Source: Setoptus koraiensis
Lineage: Eukaryota; Animalia; Arthropoda
Assembly (NCBI GenBank): GCA_048013815.1
Contig: CM106586.1
Location: forward strand, 12,400,001 to 12,464,000
Reading direction: 5' to 3'
Length of the DNA stretch: 64,000 nt
A program made the translations under genes and the position numbers. Of the stretch, positions 23,953 to 37,380 are shown piece after piece. The notes below the pieces were generated by a model. That model was given only the letters and a program-made list of their open reading frames with translations. It ran no database searches and had not been told where the DNA came from. Within the stretch, counting starts at the first letter, position 1. Each line of letters begins with the position of its first letter.

Positions 23953-26900
23953 AACAGCAACAACAACCACAGCAACAACCGTCAAGGAAGTCCAGCACGT
24001 GCCAGCCAGTCTCGTCCAATACAGCACAACACAATAATAGCCAACAGCAACAACAAGTGCACCCGAAAATACTTATATCGACGTCGCAACCGCTCAAACA
24101 ATCGGCGCCCCCAACGAGGGGCGGCCAGCCTCAACCGCGCGCCTCCGTGGGTGCCATAACGGCACAAGAGCAGGTACGATTGGCAGCAATTGAACCGCAA
24201 ATATCCAGAGATGCCTTGGTGGCGTCTTCGCGCCATCAGCAACAACAACAATCCACAACAGATATCACAAACACCGACAGCACGGCGACAAATGCGGCGC
24301 GCGATTGTGCAGGTGAGTGCACAACCGGAAGTGAGCAAGATGCCTCGCCGTTGCTGTTGACAACAAACAGTCAGTCAATGACAAGTGCAGCAGCAGCGGC
24401 AGTAGACGAGACGACGAGCCAGCAGCAGCCAAAGCGATTTCTGGCCCCGTCCGCCGCGGAACAGATGGATGCCGGGCGCGTTGCGGCACCCGTCAGCGCG
24501 GGTCAGTCCAATTCGAGCGTCAACTCGACCCATGTTAGTACCCAACTCCATCCAAAGAGCAGCGCCAGCGCCCAACAATTGCCGCTGTCCAGCCAGGGGC
24601 GCTCCAGTAGCGGTACCGGAAGTAGCATTAGTGCCTCAATTAATCAATTTCGGCGCAAGTCGGCCATAACTGCGGGCGCCTCAAAACAGCCAACAGAGGG
24701 CGCAACCAAGACAAAATTGGGCGCCCTGCTCAGACAACACAGGCCGTCGTTGGTGCCCAACGGGGGCGGGGGCGGCGGCGGCGGGCCGGCGACGTCCAAT
24801 TCGGGCTCGTTCGGCAAGCTGGGCTCCAATTTGGGCTGCTCGGTGTTGCCCATGAACGGGCTGACGGCGCTACAGGGCAGCGGCAAGAACAATTTTCGGA
24901 TAAAGTCCAGCGAGGAGATTCAGGCGACAGGTAAGCAGCAGCAGCAGTTGCTGCTGAGCAACCAGGCGGCGAGCGGTCAGAGCCGCAGTCAGAGCGGCAA
25001 CAGCAACCTGTTGGATCAGCGGCGAGCTAGCAGTTTGTCGGCGGTGGCCATAGCTGCGTCGGCGGCCATTCACTCGCACCATTTGCATAGCCAGCAACAA
25101 CAACACAAGCAACAGCAGCAACAACAACAGCAACAACAACAACAATTGCTGCTGCTGCAACAACAGAAACAACAACAGGAAATGCTGGCCATGAACATAA
25201 GTCACCAGTTGAGTTTGTTGCAGCAACTGGAGCACCAGTTCGCCTCCATTTATCACAATAGGCAACTCAACAGTCGGTGCTTGTCGCGGGCCGCCACCCA
25301 ATTGGCCTCGAAAATCGATCATTTCATTGTCAATTTCATATCGCCCTTCAATCAGTGCCTGTTCGAGTTGAACATCATCGACATGCCGCTCATACACTCG
25401 TACCAATTTCCCACAAATACCCTGTTGGAGTGGTCGCTGTACAAGGGCAAGTCTCACCTGTTGACGGCCGACGCCTATTTGCTGGTGTTCGATCTCACCA
25501 GGCCGTCCACATTTCAATACATTAAGACAATTCGCGACAAGATATTTGAGTCGCGAAAAATGTCCACCGTGCCCATATATGTGATAGCCAACAAGGCCGA
25601 TTTGTGTCCGTCCCTGCAGCCCGCCATTAAGGCGCGCCAAACGCTGTCCATGCAACATTGTTATCAGTCGTCGTCGTCCAATAATTGTTATCACTCGTCG
25701 TCGTCGGCGACCGCCTCATCCTCAAATCACGCCACAGGCCACTACGGGGGCGCCACTGGCCACTACGGGGGCGCCACAAGCGGCGGTTATAGCAGCCACA
25801 ACAGCAAAACAGCTACGACGGGCCCCAAACTAAAGTCACGATGCAAACATGATACGCACAATTATTATCCGGCGCTGCACGGCACCGGCAAGGCCGCTCG
25901 CCGTAATTGTCAGCTGCGCGCCAACGCAAACAGCGGCCGGGCTCCGGGCCGCGTGACAGGTGCCTTACACAGCCTGAGCAACAACTTCGGCCATTATTTT
26001 TGTCACGTGCCCCTAGCGGTCATAACAAGACAGCACGGCACAGAGGGGCCCGGCTGCACATTTGCAAAGTCGGCCCAATTACAGCAGCGCCACGCGCGCG
26101 CCCATCGTCATCAATCTCCGAGAAAATCCCGTTCAACAACAACTACAAAATCATCATCTTTGTTTCATCATCAGTCGTCGCAACATCAACAGCAACAACA
26201 ACAACAACAGCACCACCACACAACCACCACAATTAGATGGTGGCGCCACCTGATTGGCCGACCAATGTCACCGGGAGCCCATTGCGACAATACGAGCGCC
26301 CATTGCAAGTCGAAACGATGCCATCATCACAGTCACACAATGTCGCCAGCCGATCATATGCTGTCGCTGTCGCCCTGCCAACAGCAGCCGTCGGCCAGCC
26401 CCACAGCGCCCCCAAGCAAGCTGTCCGTCAAACATCCAGAGCCGCGGCAGCAGCAAAACAACAACAACGCGCCCAGTGCTGACAACTGGTGGCGAGATTC
26501 ATTTAATAATTTGTTTAGATTGCGTCATTCGCGCAATTCATCTAACCACCACCAGAATGGGGCCGCACTTCACACGCCAACTAACGGCAACAACAACGGC
26601 GCAACCGGCAGCGCCTCTCACAACGGGGAGGCGCTCAGTTTGCGCATTAGCTCGGCAAGCAGGCGCTACGTGCTTAATTTATGCCGTCAGTTTAGGTGGC
26701 GCCAGCGGAGAGCTCGTGCGCGACACAATCACGACAGTTTCACCTGTCGTCAGTATGCTAATTTGTTTACGGCGGCCGCGGCAACAATAGCCACCAATCA
26801 GGCGGCGGCGCAAGCGGCCAGCGAGCGCTCTCAAACGCCCGTTGGCGGCTACGGGCCGGATTTGTTTGCCAGTCTGCTGGCGGGCAGCGCGACCAACTTG

Positions 26901-29900
26901 CCCACAGCTGCCGGCTTGCTCGGCGGCCTGTCGGGCGATGTGAGCGGCTCCGCGTCGGGCGCGGGCACCCAAAGCAAGCGTCGCTTTCACGGACTGTTCG
27001 GTCGGTTGTCGTCGGCGGGCAGCAGCACGGGCCAGACGTCAGCGGCCACCTCGCTGCCCCCGTGCACCGGTCTCACCAGTGGCGGCGCCATAGCCAGCCT
27101 GCTAATGGGCGCCCAATTGTCCATGGCCTCGACAAGTGCCCACAAAATCGTCTCGCAGTGCCTCGTGCAGGATCCGAGCTTGTTTGCGGCCTCGATTGGT
27201 CGGGCCGGCCAGAGCTGCCACGCGGGCTCCATCGGGCCGGGCAATGCTGGCGGCAGCGGCGGCCTGACCGGCCCGATGGGCAGCTCAAATGGCAACAGCG
27301 CAGCCAACGGCAATCCGGCCGCCAACAGTCACTTGTCAAACCACAAAATAGCGCCAACAACTGTCACACAAAACATGTATCAATTTGCGCTCACCATGGC
27401 CCAACAGCAGCAACAACAACAACATCAAATGGACGACATTTATTCGGGATTTTCCAAACAATTTCACCAGCAACAACAACAGCAGCAGCAGCTGACCGGC
27501 ACATCCGGTTCCGTTTCCGGTCTGCATGCAGGCTCAAGTTTTGATGGTGGCCCATCAGGCGGCTGCATCTCCAGTGCGGTGGTTGGCGCCTCTGGCGTCT
27601 GTGTCACGCCCATTCGGGCGAGGCGGGTCTCGGCGGCGGCCTCCCGCGCGGCCAGCGCCTTTCTAATGGAGGCCGCAAACGGAGCTAGGCGACGCAAGAG
27701 CAGCACGGCCAGCAGTGTGGCTCTGTGGCACACGCTGGCCTCGGTGGCCCGACAACGCGAACAACAACGCCAACAATTGCAACACAATTATCTGCATTCG
27801 TTTCAGCAGGCCGGCGCCGGGCTGCATTTAAATGGGGCCCAAATGAGCCTGACAAATGGGCCCATTGACAAGCACAGATTGAGCAGTGTGGGCACGCTGG
27901 GTTGTGAGGCGCAATTTCTCACCGTGGACATGCTGAGAAAGTTGTCGCTGATATCGGCCCAGTCGGTGCAAACGAACGCCAGCGAGCGCCACCTCTCGAG
28001 GAGCGCCTCAAACAAGAGTCAGCAATCGGACACAATTATCCAGGAGGGAGTGGCAATCGATTGTGCTGACGGAGGGAGCGCCAACGGCGCACGGCCGGAA
28101 ATTGGCTTGGCGCCGGCTTCGTCGGGTGCGGGTTGTGTGCGGACGGCGGGCCACGAAAATAAGCATAAAACTCAAACGACGACAAGTGATTTAGCTGTGC
28201 AAGCAAACACTGACGTTGAATTAATTGGCGACGACAGCGCCGGGCCCACAAAAGCGGCCATTGTCGCGAAAAGCGACCAGCAAAAAAAATCCGTTCCATG
28301 GTTCAGGCACATTAGGCGCAAATGGGGCAGAAAATCTGGCCCCGGTGTCAACAATAAAAGTGACAATGTTATGCAACACGAGAGTGGCACTTGTGTGGCC
28401 AATGACACGTTTTGTCAGCCAGTTTCAGACAGTCAGCAGACAATCAGTGGCGGCCCGGACGGGCCAGAGAAACAAATGGAACCGGAAGTGGCCCAAGCGG
28501 TGGCGCCACAAATTACGGCGACAGGCGCAAGCACAGCGACAACACCGATCAGCACTTTGGAGCGCTCGCTAGCCACTTCCGGTCAAGAGACTGGTCAACC
28601 AATTGGTGAGGCTGGCTGTCAATTAGCAACGCATGACACAATTGTCGGCAGTGGCGAGCAACGAGAACAACAAAATTTGCACGAGTTACCTGTGCCCGTT
28701 AGTGTGACGGTGCAACGTCAGCAGCAGCAGCAACAAAACTCATCGTCGCCCTTGTCGACGCTCGACAACGGCGCCGATTTATCGAACAACAAGCTCGCCA
28801 TGGCAGCGCCCTCTATCAGAATTGTGTCGCCCGGTAGCACGTTGTCGCTGGCGCAAACAAGTGGCTCGCCCCAAAAAGACCTGTCAGTCGATCAGCTGTC
28901 CGATGGGTCACTGTGCGGCTCGGATGTCGGCGCGCCGACGAGCGCCACCCATCATCTAAGCAAACAACAAATCGGCAATGTCGAGACGTTGGCCGACACC
29001 AGCGGGCCCACGAGCAATATGTCGTCCGTTGGCGAGACCCTGGATGTGGCGCCAACAACCACAACAACAACTGCGGCAGCAACAACAGCAACTACTGCGA
29101 CAACAACAACTGCAGCGACAACAACAACTGCAGCGACAACAACAACTGCAGCGACAACAACAACAATAGCAGCAGCATCAACAGCGACAACAACAACAAC
29201 CACAGCAACGGGCAAAAAAGCGCCGCCGCCGACAATAGTGGCCCAAGGCGCCCAAGAGGACGCGTTGCGTAATAGCTTGATGATTGATGACGGTGTCAAA
29301 TCGGCAGGTAGCTTGAATAAATTAGCGTGCGGCTCACAAGTGGCGCGGGCCAGGGCGACGCATTCGCGTTCCAATAGCATTCCCGATATGTCACCAATAT
29401 GTGTCAACGACGACGACAACGACAACAACAACAACAACAACAACAACGACACTGCCGCCGGCAACAACGACAACTTCAATGACAGCGACAACAATGATGA
29501 GGCGCAACAATTACGCTGCAGCTCCGCGTGCGACAGCCACTCGGGCGGCCCGAGTCGCTCGGGCGCGGGCTTCGGGAACGCGCGTCGGCGGGTCAGCGTG
29601 AGCCCGCTGTTCAATGCGGCCGTGTCGCTGCTCATACCCAACCGCAGCAATAGGAGCGCCTCCATTACGCTGGGCGAAAGTAGCGCGACCGGCGAGCTCG
29701 CCGATCACAGCGACACCAGCAGCAATGTCAAGCTAAACGATATTACGATCACAAATAGAAGCTTCGACGAGGACGCCGCAAATCTCAACAACAGACTACA
29801 AGCGTCCAAGCTGAGCCTGCTGGCCAGCGAGCTGTGCCTGGGGCGCCGCCTAATCAAGAAACATCGGGCCGGCCTCAACGGCGCCTTTGGCCGGGTGGGC

Positions 29901-32106
29901 GTCGGCGTGGGCGTCAGCAGGAGCGTTAATCAGCTGACCAGGTGCGGCCTGGGCGGAAATGAGATCCTGTTGGAAGGGGGCGCCAGTGACGGCACCAAGT
30001 TGACCGCGTCGGCTGGCGGTGTGGGTCTGTCGGGTACGGCGGGCGGTCGCATGCGGGCGTATGTGTCGTCGACGGTGCTCAACAAACAGTCGTCGGGCAC
30101 GGATCAATTTCTCGACATAAAGCGGGGCGGCGCGATATCGTTGGGCCGCCAGTCGTTTTCGGCCGCCTCGCCCGTCAAGTCGCGCCTGGGCGGCGCGGCT
30201 CATCTGCTCAACAAGAGGGCGAGTAACGCCGATCAGCAGCAGCTACAGCAGCAACAGCAACAGAAATACAAAAACATAAGCGGTTCCGGTTTGTTTCTGA
30301 ACGGTCAGTCGTTGCGCAAGAATTTCGCCAGTGTCGCCAGTGCGGGCAGCGGCGCGACAAGCGGCCGCAGCCATTCAGGTAGCCAGGCGGGCGGCAAACA
30401 GGCGAGCGGTGCGGCGATTTCCGGTGATACGGGCTGCGCAACGGGCCAGCACAACGTCGCCGAACAGACGGCATCAGGTGAGCGTCAGGCGTCATTATAC
30501 GATCAGGCCGTGATTGACGGCGAGGCCGCCCTGGCGGCCAATATGGCGACCGCGGCCGCAATACTGGCCGCCCAAAGGAAGCGCCTAGAAACGCTGAACA
30601 AGTTGCTGTTTCCGCGTTACAACAGAAAACAGTCGGGCGTCCAATATCCGGCGCCCATTTATGCCAGCCAAGATTTGGATCCCATATTGAAAGATTTGGC
30701 TCAATTAGTGCGAAAACATTGGAAATGTAATTATATCGAATGCTCGGCGGCCAATAATTGGCACATTCAGCCCATTTTGAGCGAATTGATACGAACATTA
30801 GAGTTTAATGGCCTATTAAGTGAGCCGTCCAGCGACGAGCAGAGCGACAGAGAGCATCGAAGCCACAATAATAGGACAACCAAAAATAGGCGCCATCAGC
30901 AGCGGACGGCACGGACCGCGCGAAACGCCGGCGCCGGTGATACTATTGCCGCGGCCGGCCCTAATGAGAGCGCCGCCGCCGCCGCCGCCGCCACCGATAC
31001 AAAAGAGCACGATAATGATAACGAGATAATTGAGGCGAGCGCCAGTCCCAAAGCGACTGAGGCCCCGAACAGCGGTAGTAACTCGGCCGGCCAAGATACG
31101 GCCAGCGGCAACAACGACACGTCGGCGACGTCTGGCGGCAGAATGGGCGCGCTCAATGGGGTAAAAATCAAGGCTAGCGCCTTGGCGAAACGTTTGGACT
31201 TGAGCCGACATCGAAGCTCCTCCAGGGAGGCGGTGGCCAGAGCGGCCAGCAACGAAGACCAAACAGACAAACTGGCTCGGCGTGCCTCGGAGGCGCCCTC
31301 ATCGGGTGTGTCGGGCAGCAATCAGTGCGATGCTGTCGAGTCGCAGCGAATAGCGGCGGCCGCGGCCAAAAATAAGCGCACTCTACTGACCCATTTGACA
31401 GGTAGACGATCAAGTGGCGCTCCCGGTGGAGCGGACCGAAACGGCGGCTTGTCGCCGGTACGGGCCAACAAGCGGCCCGCTGCTCACATCGGGTCGAAAC
31501 GCAAATTATCCGCGCCACTAACTAGCTGCAATATCTTTTCTACCACTGCGAGCAGCAGCAGCGGCGGCACCCAAATCACCAGCAAGTCGGCCCAAAAACA
31601 GCGCGCCCGCCGTCTGGTATCTTCGCCGTTGCACCTACTTGAGTGCGCAAATAAATTGCATAACGACAACAAACAGAAGAGACAACAACAGAAACGGAGC
31701 AGTCTGACTATGATAAAATTGAGATTTGCTGGCGGCGGAAAGCACGACATGTCCATTACAAACAGCGGCGGCCCGCGTCGGGCGGGCTCGTCGAGCTCCG
31801 TCAGTTCCGGCGAGGCGTCGTCCTCTGGCGACTCGCCCGCTAAGTCGTCGCTGTCGTCCTCACTGTCGATATCTGCGCGTTGTGTTAGCGCAACGGCGGC
31901 GCCCTTATCCGCACCCCCATTAACCAAACGAAAAACACAAGCGCCCCAGCCAAAAGACAGTAAATCAAAGCAGCAACAGCAACAACAACAGCAGCAGCTA
32001 AAATCGCAAATGGCCCCCAATAAGCTCGTTGTTGATGTTGCGTCACCCAAGAAATCTCTGCTGATCAATAGGAGGTCATGTGATCGTGCCGATCGCAACA
32101 AACAGC

Positions 32107-32143
<37 letters not shown>

Positions 32144-33152
32144 GCAACAACAGTTACGTAAGCCAGCAATAAACAAGCAAAATCTCACCAAGACACAATC
32201 GTCGTTGTGCGCCACCAAGGGCTCAATAGTTGCAGCACCAATAAATCAGGCCGCCACTGTTTGTGGCGACAAGCAACGCAGTCAATTGAGCCCCCTCTCC
32301 CAAGCTCATGCAACAACGACAACAACAACAAGTGTTGGCAAGACAGTTGTGTCGACGTCCGACGACCATCACGCGCACCGACAGCAAGCGACCAATGGCG
32401 ACAAGTCGCCGCCGGAAATGGTCGGTGGTGCGGCGGACAAACAACTGCAGTTGCGACGCAGACCTGTTGGCAAACAAAAGACGCTGGACAACAATTATGT
32501 AACCGCCACCAGAACCAGCTTGACCGATAATAAACTCGTGGATGGCACGCACAAACTCAAGACCAAATCACGTCTAGTTAAACAGATGTCTAGCGACAGC
32601 GCCGTACACACCACAAATAATAGAATGATGACAAAGTTAAAATTACGAACAAAATTATCTATCCAAGAGGAACCTCCAAACGAGTTGACCATGCCCGTCA
32701 GTGTTGGCGCCAGTGATAGATTTGTAGATAGAGCTGACATAGATAATAAGCTTACTAGCGGACAAAACAGCAGAATGTCAGTAACGCCGAAAAGCGACCC
32801 GTTTGTGGTGTCGCCAGGTGAGCCAATGGCCAGTGGTGATAATTCAGTGGTAATGTGTAAAAAGCAGCAATTGCAATCTTTCTCTTCAATGTCGTCCAAC
32901 ATAAATAGTGACAATGAAACCTCAGCGCAAAACAACATGTCGAAACAAGCTTGTCATACTAACAGTAACAACACTATTAGCATGATAACATCCTTGGACA
33001 ATGCCGGCGATAATGTAACAGAGGATTCGATCTCCATGGAGCCAACTGAGGCCAAATACAACAAGAGTGACACGAGAAAGGTCAAAAAGTCTGCCGGACA
33101 ACATCACAAAAACTTGCAACTCGAAGACCAAAAATCTTGCGCTCTCATGTGA
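23659..33152 (+). CDS. RASL10: RASL10-like small GTPase, giant second exon (spliced protein ~3178 aa)
   Basis: GKTSIIKQL at 23659. ELNIIDMP...FPTNTLLEW...AYLLVFDL...TFQYIKTIRDKI...PIYVIANKADL at 25311-25604 matches RASL10 DLQILDFP...FPVNTLQEW...AYILVYD...SFEYVKTIRQQI...PIIIVGNKRDL. LVRKHWKCNYIECSAANNWHI...ELI at 30693-30800 matches [21 protein letters not shown]...EL. C-terminal CALM CaaX at 33138-33149, TGA at 33150. One uninterrupted frame. Confidence 0.88.
25731..25778 (+). repeat. 21-bp in-frame tandem duplication encoding ATGHYGG x2
   Basis: gccacaggccactacgggggc / gccactggccactacgggggc. Confidence 0.85.
29060..29205 (+). repeat. Thr/Ala-rich coding repeat (ACAACAACAACTGCAGCG-type 18-mers) within the RASL10 insertion
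   Basis: Encodes TTTTTAAATT...; directly visible. Confidence 0.85.
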
Positions 33153-36100
33153 TCTTCTACGAGAAACAACAATGAAGAGAAAGAGAAAAAAACAAACTCA
33201 TCGACTGTTATCACTGCAAATAATACTGGTTGTGCCCACCATCGCCATTGTGATCTAATGTGCAATCTTTTTTTCTTGATTGTATTTAATTTGATTGAAA
33301 ATAAATTGCCTTCATCCTGTCTAGGATTTCGTTCACTGTCAACGCGCCGATTGTCGTTGCCTCTCGCTATCTACTCTTCACATCTGACGGGACAAAACAT
33401 AATCAAGTATCGGCTGTTAACGCGGCCACTGGTGATAGCTGACCAAACCAGATGTATGATACGACTGTCGTATTACGACATGAGTTTTCAACTTTGCTCA
33501 GCACTTGTCTCCCTGTCATTTGTTCCTGTCAGCAAAACCGTATGCCCTCTCAGCAGCTGATCATGCCACGCTTCGTCGCAGAAAAACTTTTCATTCTTAT
33601 TGAATCCGAAACATCTCTATTTATAGTTCAATGTGGACTTTCTCTATCAATGCTGAACTATGGCCGATATCCGAGTCGAACCTGCAACTGTACAAATGCA
33701 ATCCTCGCTGTGGTTTGGGCGATCCAGTGGCGCGACTCTCAAAGGCACTCAGCCCTGACCCAATTGGGGACCAATGAGCCGAAATGATTGAGGAGGAGCC
33801 TGGAGTTGGTTTCAGCAGCAAAGATATATCAGATGGGCGAGCAGTTTCGTCTGCTGTTCGCTGTGTCTCGAGCGAGAGAGCTCGAGGAACTGCATCGAGC
33901 CGATTGTGTCCAATTGATTAGGCGCCCGATCGCACGATTCATTTCCGAAAATTCTTTCAGGAATCTTCACAACATGCAACCACAAGGGCGGTCACAATGA
34001 CCATCTGCTTAATTACTTGATTGCTTCGTTTCATGTCGAGTCGATTCGGGCTAGTTGTTGGTGGAAAGAAAATGCAAAACCTTCAACCTATTGAATGCAT
34101 GAGATCTGGAAAAATCTGCTTTATGCAATGCGGTGGCGACAACTATCGATTGCCAGAAAACGTCTTTCGAAGCTACAGACGCTGTAGTACAGAGGCAAAA
34201 CACAAAACAATGACTCTAGCAAGAGTGAGAAGCACGGTGAGCTTCTTCGAACAAAGCTCCTTAGATGGATTGAAGGGAAAAAATTCAAATTTTTCATGCG
34301 GCACCGAAAATCATGAAAAACGGCCGCACATCTTCGGGGGCACTCCTTCACCCTGAAAAACGCTTCCTACTGCAAAATCTTCGACAGATCCGTTCCCGTT
34401 CCGTCCTGGATCTAGTTTTTGTGCAGCGATTATTGCGATTTATAAGTATTGGCGAGTGAAATTTTGCTGCAAAAAAAAGCACTCCACCACTGCTGCTGTC
34501 GAGCGACTTAGCAACAGCACTGCCGATGTCCGAAAGAGCTCAACGGGCACATAATGAGGCAGTTCGAGTATGGGGTTATACCACGAATTGTCTCATTTTA
34601 TTGCCAGTGGGTCGTTAGAACAACCAACGACAACGCCAAGACGCTGACGATGATGGCGAAATTCATCAATTATAATTGGAGCGTGAATATCTCAATATCG
34701 CATCGTAATTATATTTGTAAGCCGATAATGCGCATGAGATAGTGTGTAGATTGTAATTTGTCTTTGATGATTATTATGTCATGATTATAATGCCCAAAAT
34801 TCCTACATTCTTCGCGGTGCGCGTGACAGGCACACAACAAAGGGCTACAACTACGACCTAACACAGATGACCTAAATGACGCTTCCAAATACTAATGGTG
34901 GCGGCAACAGCGATCATTATCCGGCCCCTTGATGGGCCCCAGTGTCGTTAGTTGGCCTGTCGCAATTTTGTCTATTAGTATTCCATCTTTCGTCTTGTCA
35001 TTGGGACTCGCCACCGTTGTGTGCGCTCCATTTGAGTGAGCTCCCGTGCTTAATGAATTCGAATAGATGATCTTTATTCACTAATAACATCTCTATTGTT
35101 GCTGGCAAGCGATCTCTCATTAACGCGTGTGTTATATATTCACTTATATCAGTTATTGACTTATGAAATCTATTGAGAACACGATGGGCTTTATTGAGCG
35201 TATATTGGTATCTCTATTGCGCAACATTGGCACGCTTGACACACCGAAATGGCCGAAATAATTAATCGTTTCTGTGGCGCTATAACTCACAGTTGCCTGC
35301 TTATCTATTTATATTATCTGGCCTTTTGGTTGCTGTTGTTGTTGCTGGTATTGCTCATCACAACAAGTCTATGCTATTCCAAACGCATTCTTCCGCTCGA
35401 AACCATAAGTAGATTAACACACATTTATAACTCGATAGAGGCCGCAAACATCGGTTCAATTTCAGCACCTGTCTTATGAGATGTTTGCGAGAATAATAGC
35501 AGCGCCGCTTGACTCGCCTCGCCGCTAGACAAATTGAATTTCTAGTCAGAAGCTAGGGGAAAATTGAAAATTCTCTCCTAGCTTCGACCCCAAGACACGC
35601 AAAGTTTGCTACTTCTTTTCAAGTATCAACATATCGTAAGTAAGTTGTTGATCGCGAGCTCTATTGTTCAGCCAACAATGGCACCATCATTTAATATTCG
35701 AGTCTCTCTCTCTCTCCCCCTCCCTCCCGGGACAACAGAGATAAGGTAACCATTGTTAAGCTGCTGTTTTTGTTCGTCCACACAGGATTGCTCCCCATAT
35801 TTAACGAGCTGATATGGGAGCCAAACAATTGCGAGCTTCAAGCAATTATCCGAGGAAACAGCTCAAATTGGCAGCAATAAAATTTGGTTTGGCTTGCATC
35901 AATTCAGTGAAGATCCACCGCCGCTGGTAGCCAACTTGCACTCCTTCATGACGTAACGCTCGATCAGTCAATTCAACGATCGTGCATCGCGGACCGAAGT
36001 CAACGAAGAGGCAGAAAGGGGTACTTTTATGCAGGATAAGTAATTGATCACAATGATGCATTCATTTGTCGGCACTTGATGCGATCGAGCTACAATTCAA

Positions 36101-37380
36101 CTGTCTGCCCGTTTGTATCCGTCATCGATGAGATAGGCATCTGATATATCACCATAACAAGATCAAACTGAGCAAGCACGAGAAGCGTTCCTCGGGCCAA
36201 TCAAAAACGAAGCGATCGAAGCGTCATCCATCCAACAAAATTAAAATTAGGTTGTGCAACAATCAAGATGCCGAAAACTTTCCACATCATACAAGAGTCT
36301 CTACATTGTATTCATTCTCAATTGTACGACATTCTACGAAATTACTCGGCTGCTTCGACTTAGAATTAAAGTTCTGGATAATTGAGATTTGGGGGATTTG
36401 GAAGATTTTTGAGATTCAAGAGATTTGGTATTCAGTTCACCGAAGGAAAACCGATGACTCTTTAGCGTCAATGATTGTTTGCATATATTTATCTATCTGT
36501 AAATATTTTTCTTTTACTTAATGACTTTATTAACTGCTTGTCAAATCTGCATCGGCTTAGTTTCCATTTGAGACCATACCTCGGGACGCGCGCCATTGGC
36601 TCTATCTGAGCCTCATAAGTGCCAGTCTTTATTGGTACTTCTCATTGGACATTAAGGAACGATAAAGGGATATTATCTCAAACTAGGGGGTTTCTAAAAG
36701 TTTCGCCTTAACTACTATGTTTTTCTGTGAGGGAATCTCCGCAAAAAAAAAGTAAAAGATACCTTGCGTCGTCAATTTTCACGGGCAGACAATAAGTGTC
36801 TAGTTACGTCGGCGTATGAACAGAATGGTCCAAACTTGAATGCATCAAGTAATCAACCATAGTTTAACGTACAAGCATTTCACCCACAGCCCGTCTTTTT
36901 GCTTTCTACCTTGATGCAAATTTTTTATCCAGTTCAGTCTTATGAAAAAATGCGATTTCCTCGAATCCTTTACAGTGCAGTCATTTGTTTTCTTTATTGC
37001 ACTTAGTTGATCATTGAATAAGAGAATATCTCTACATAAATATGCTTTCGGACCTCTCACGATCGTCAATGTAGTCCAAAATCCTGAGCCAGCCTTCAAG
37101 TTCTTGGAATATCAAGATGATTCTTCTGGCATCAAAAAAATCACTGAGACTCCCTGGATTGTGCTCGAAGAGAATGAAACTACGACAAAAAAAAATATAC
37201 AATTTAGATAAATAACAATAGACTAAGTATGAATGACAAACTGATGAAGAATGCACACAATCTAAGGTGCTGAAGAAAAAAATTTGTTTGTTTTCTATAC
37301 ATTATCCAGGTCTAACCCGCTGCTCAATACCCGCGTGACGTCAAATTGTCGTCTTGTGTAATTTTCTCATCATCTTCTTG

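Noticed and set aside
23674-33131. Many minus-strand and alternate-frame ORFs (poly-C, poly-L, poly-V) over the giant exon
   Set aside because: Shadows of CAA/CAG/ACA repeats and GC-rich codons in the real + strand CDS.
33452-34742. Several 60-110 aa ORFs downstream of RASL10
   Set aside because: Mostly non-ATG starts, overlapping frames and no motifs. Likely 3'UTR (AATAAA at 33300) or intergenic sequence.
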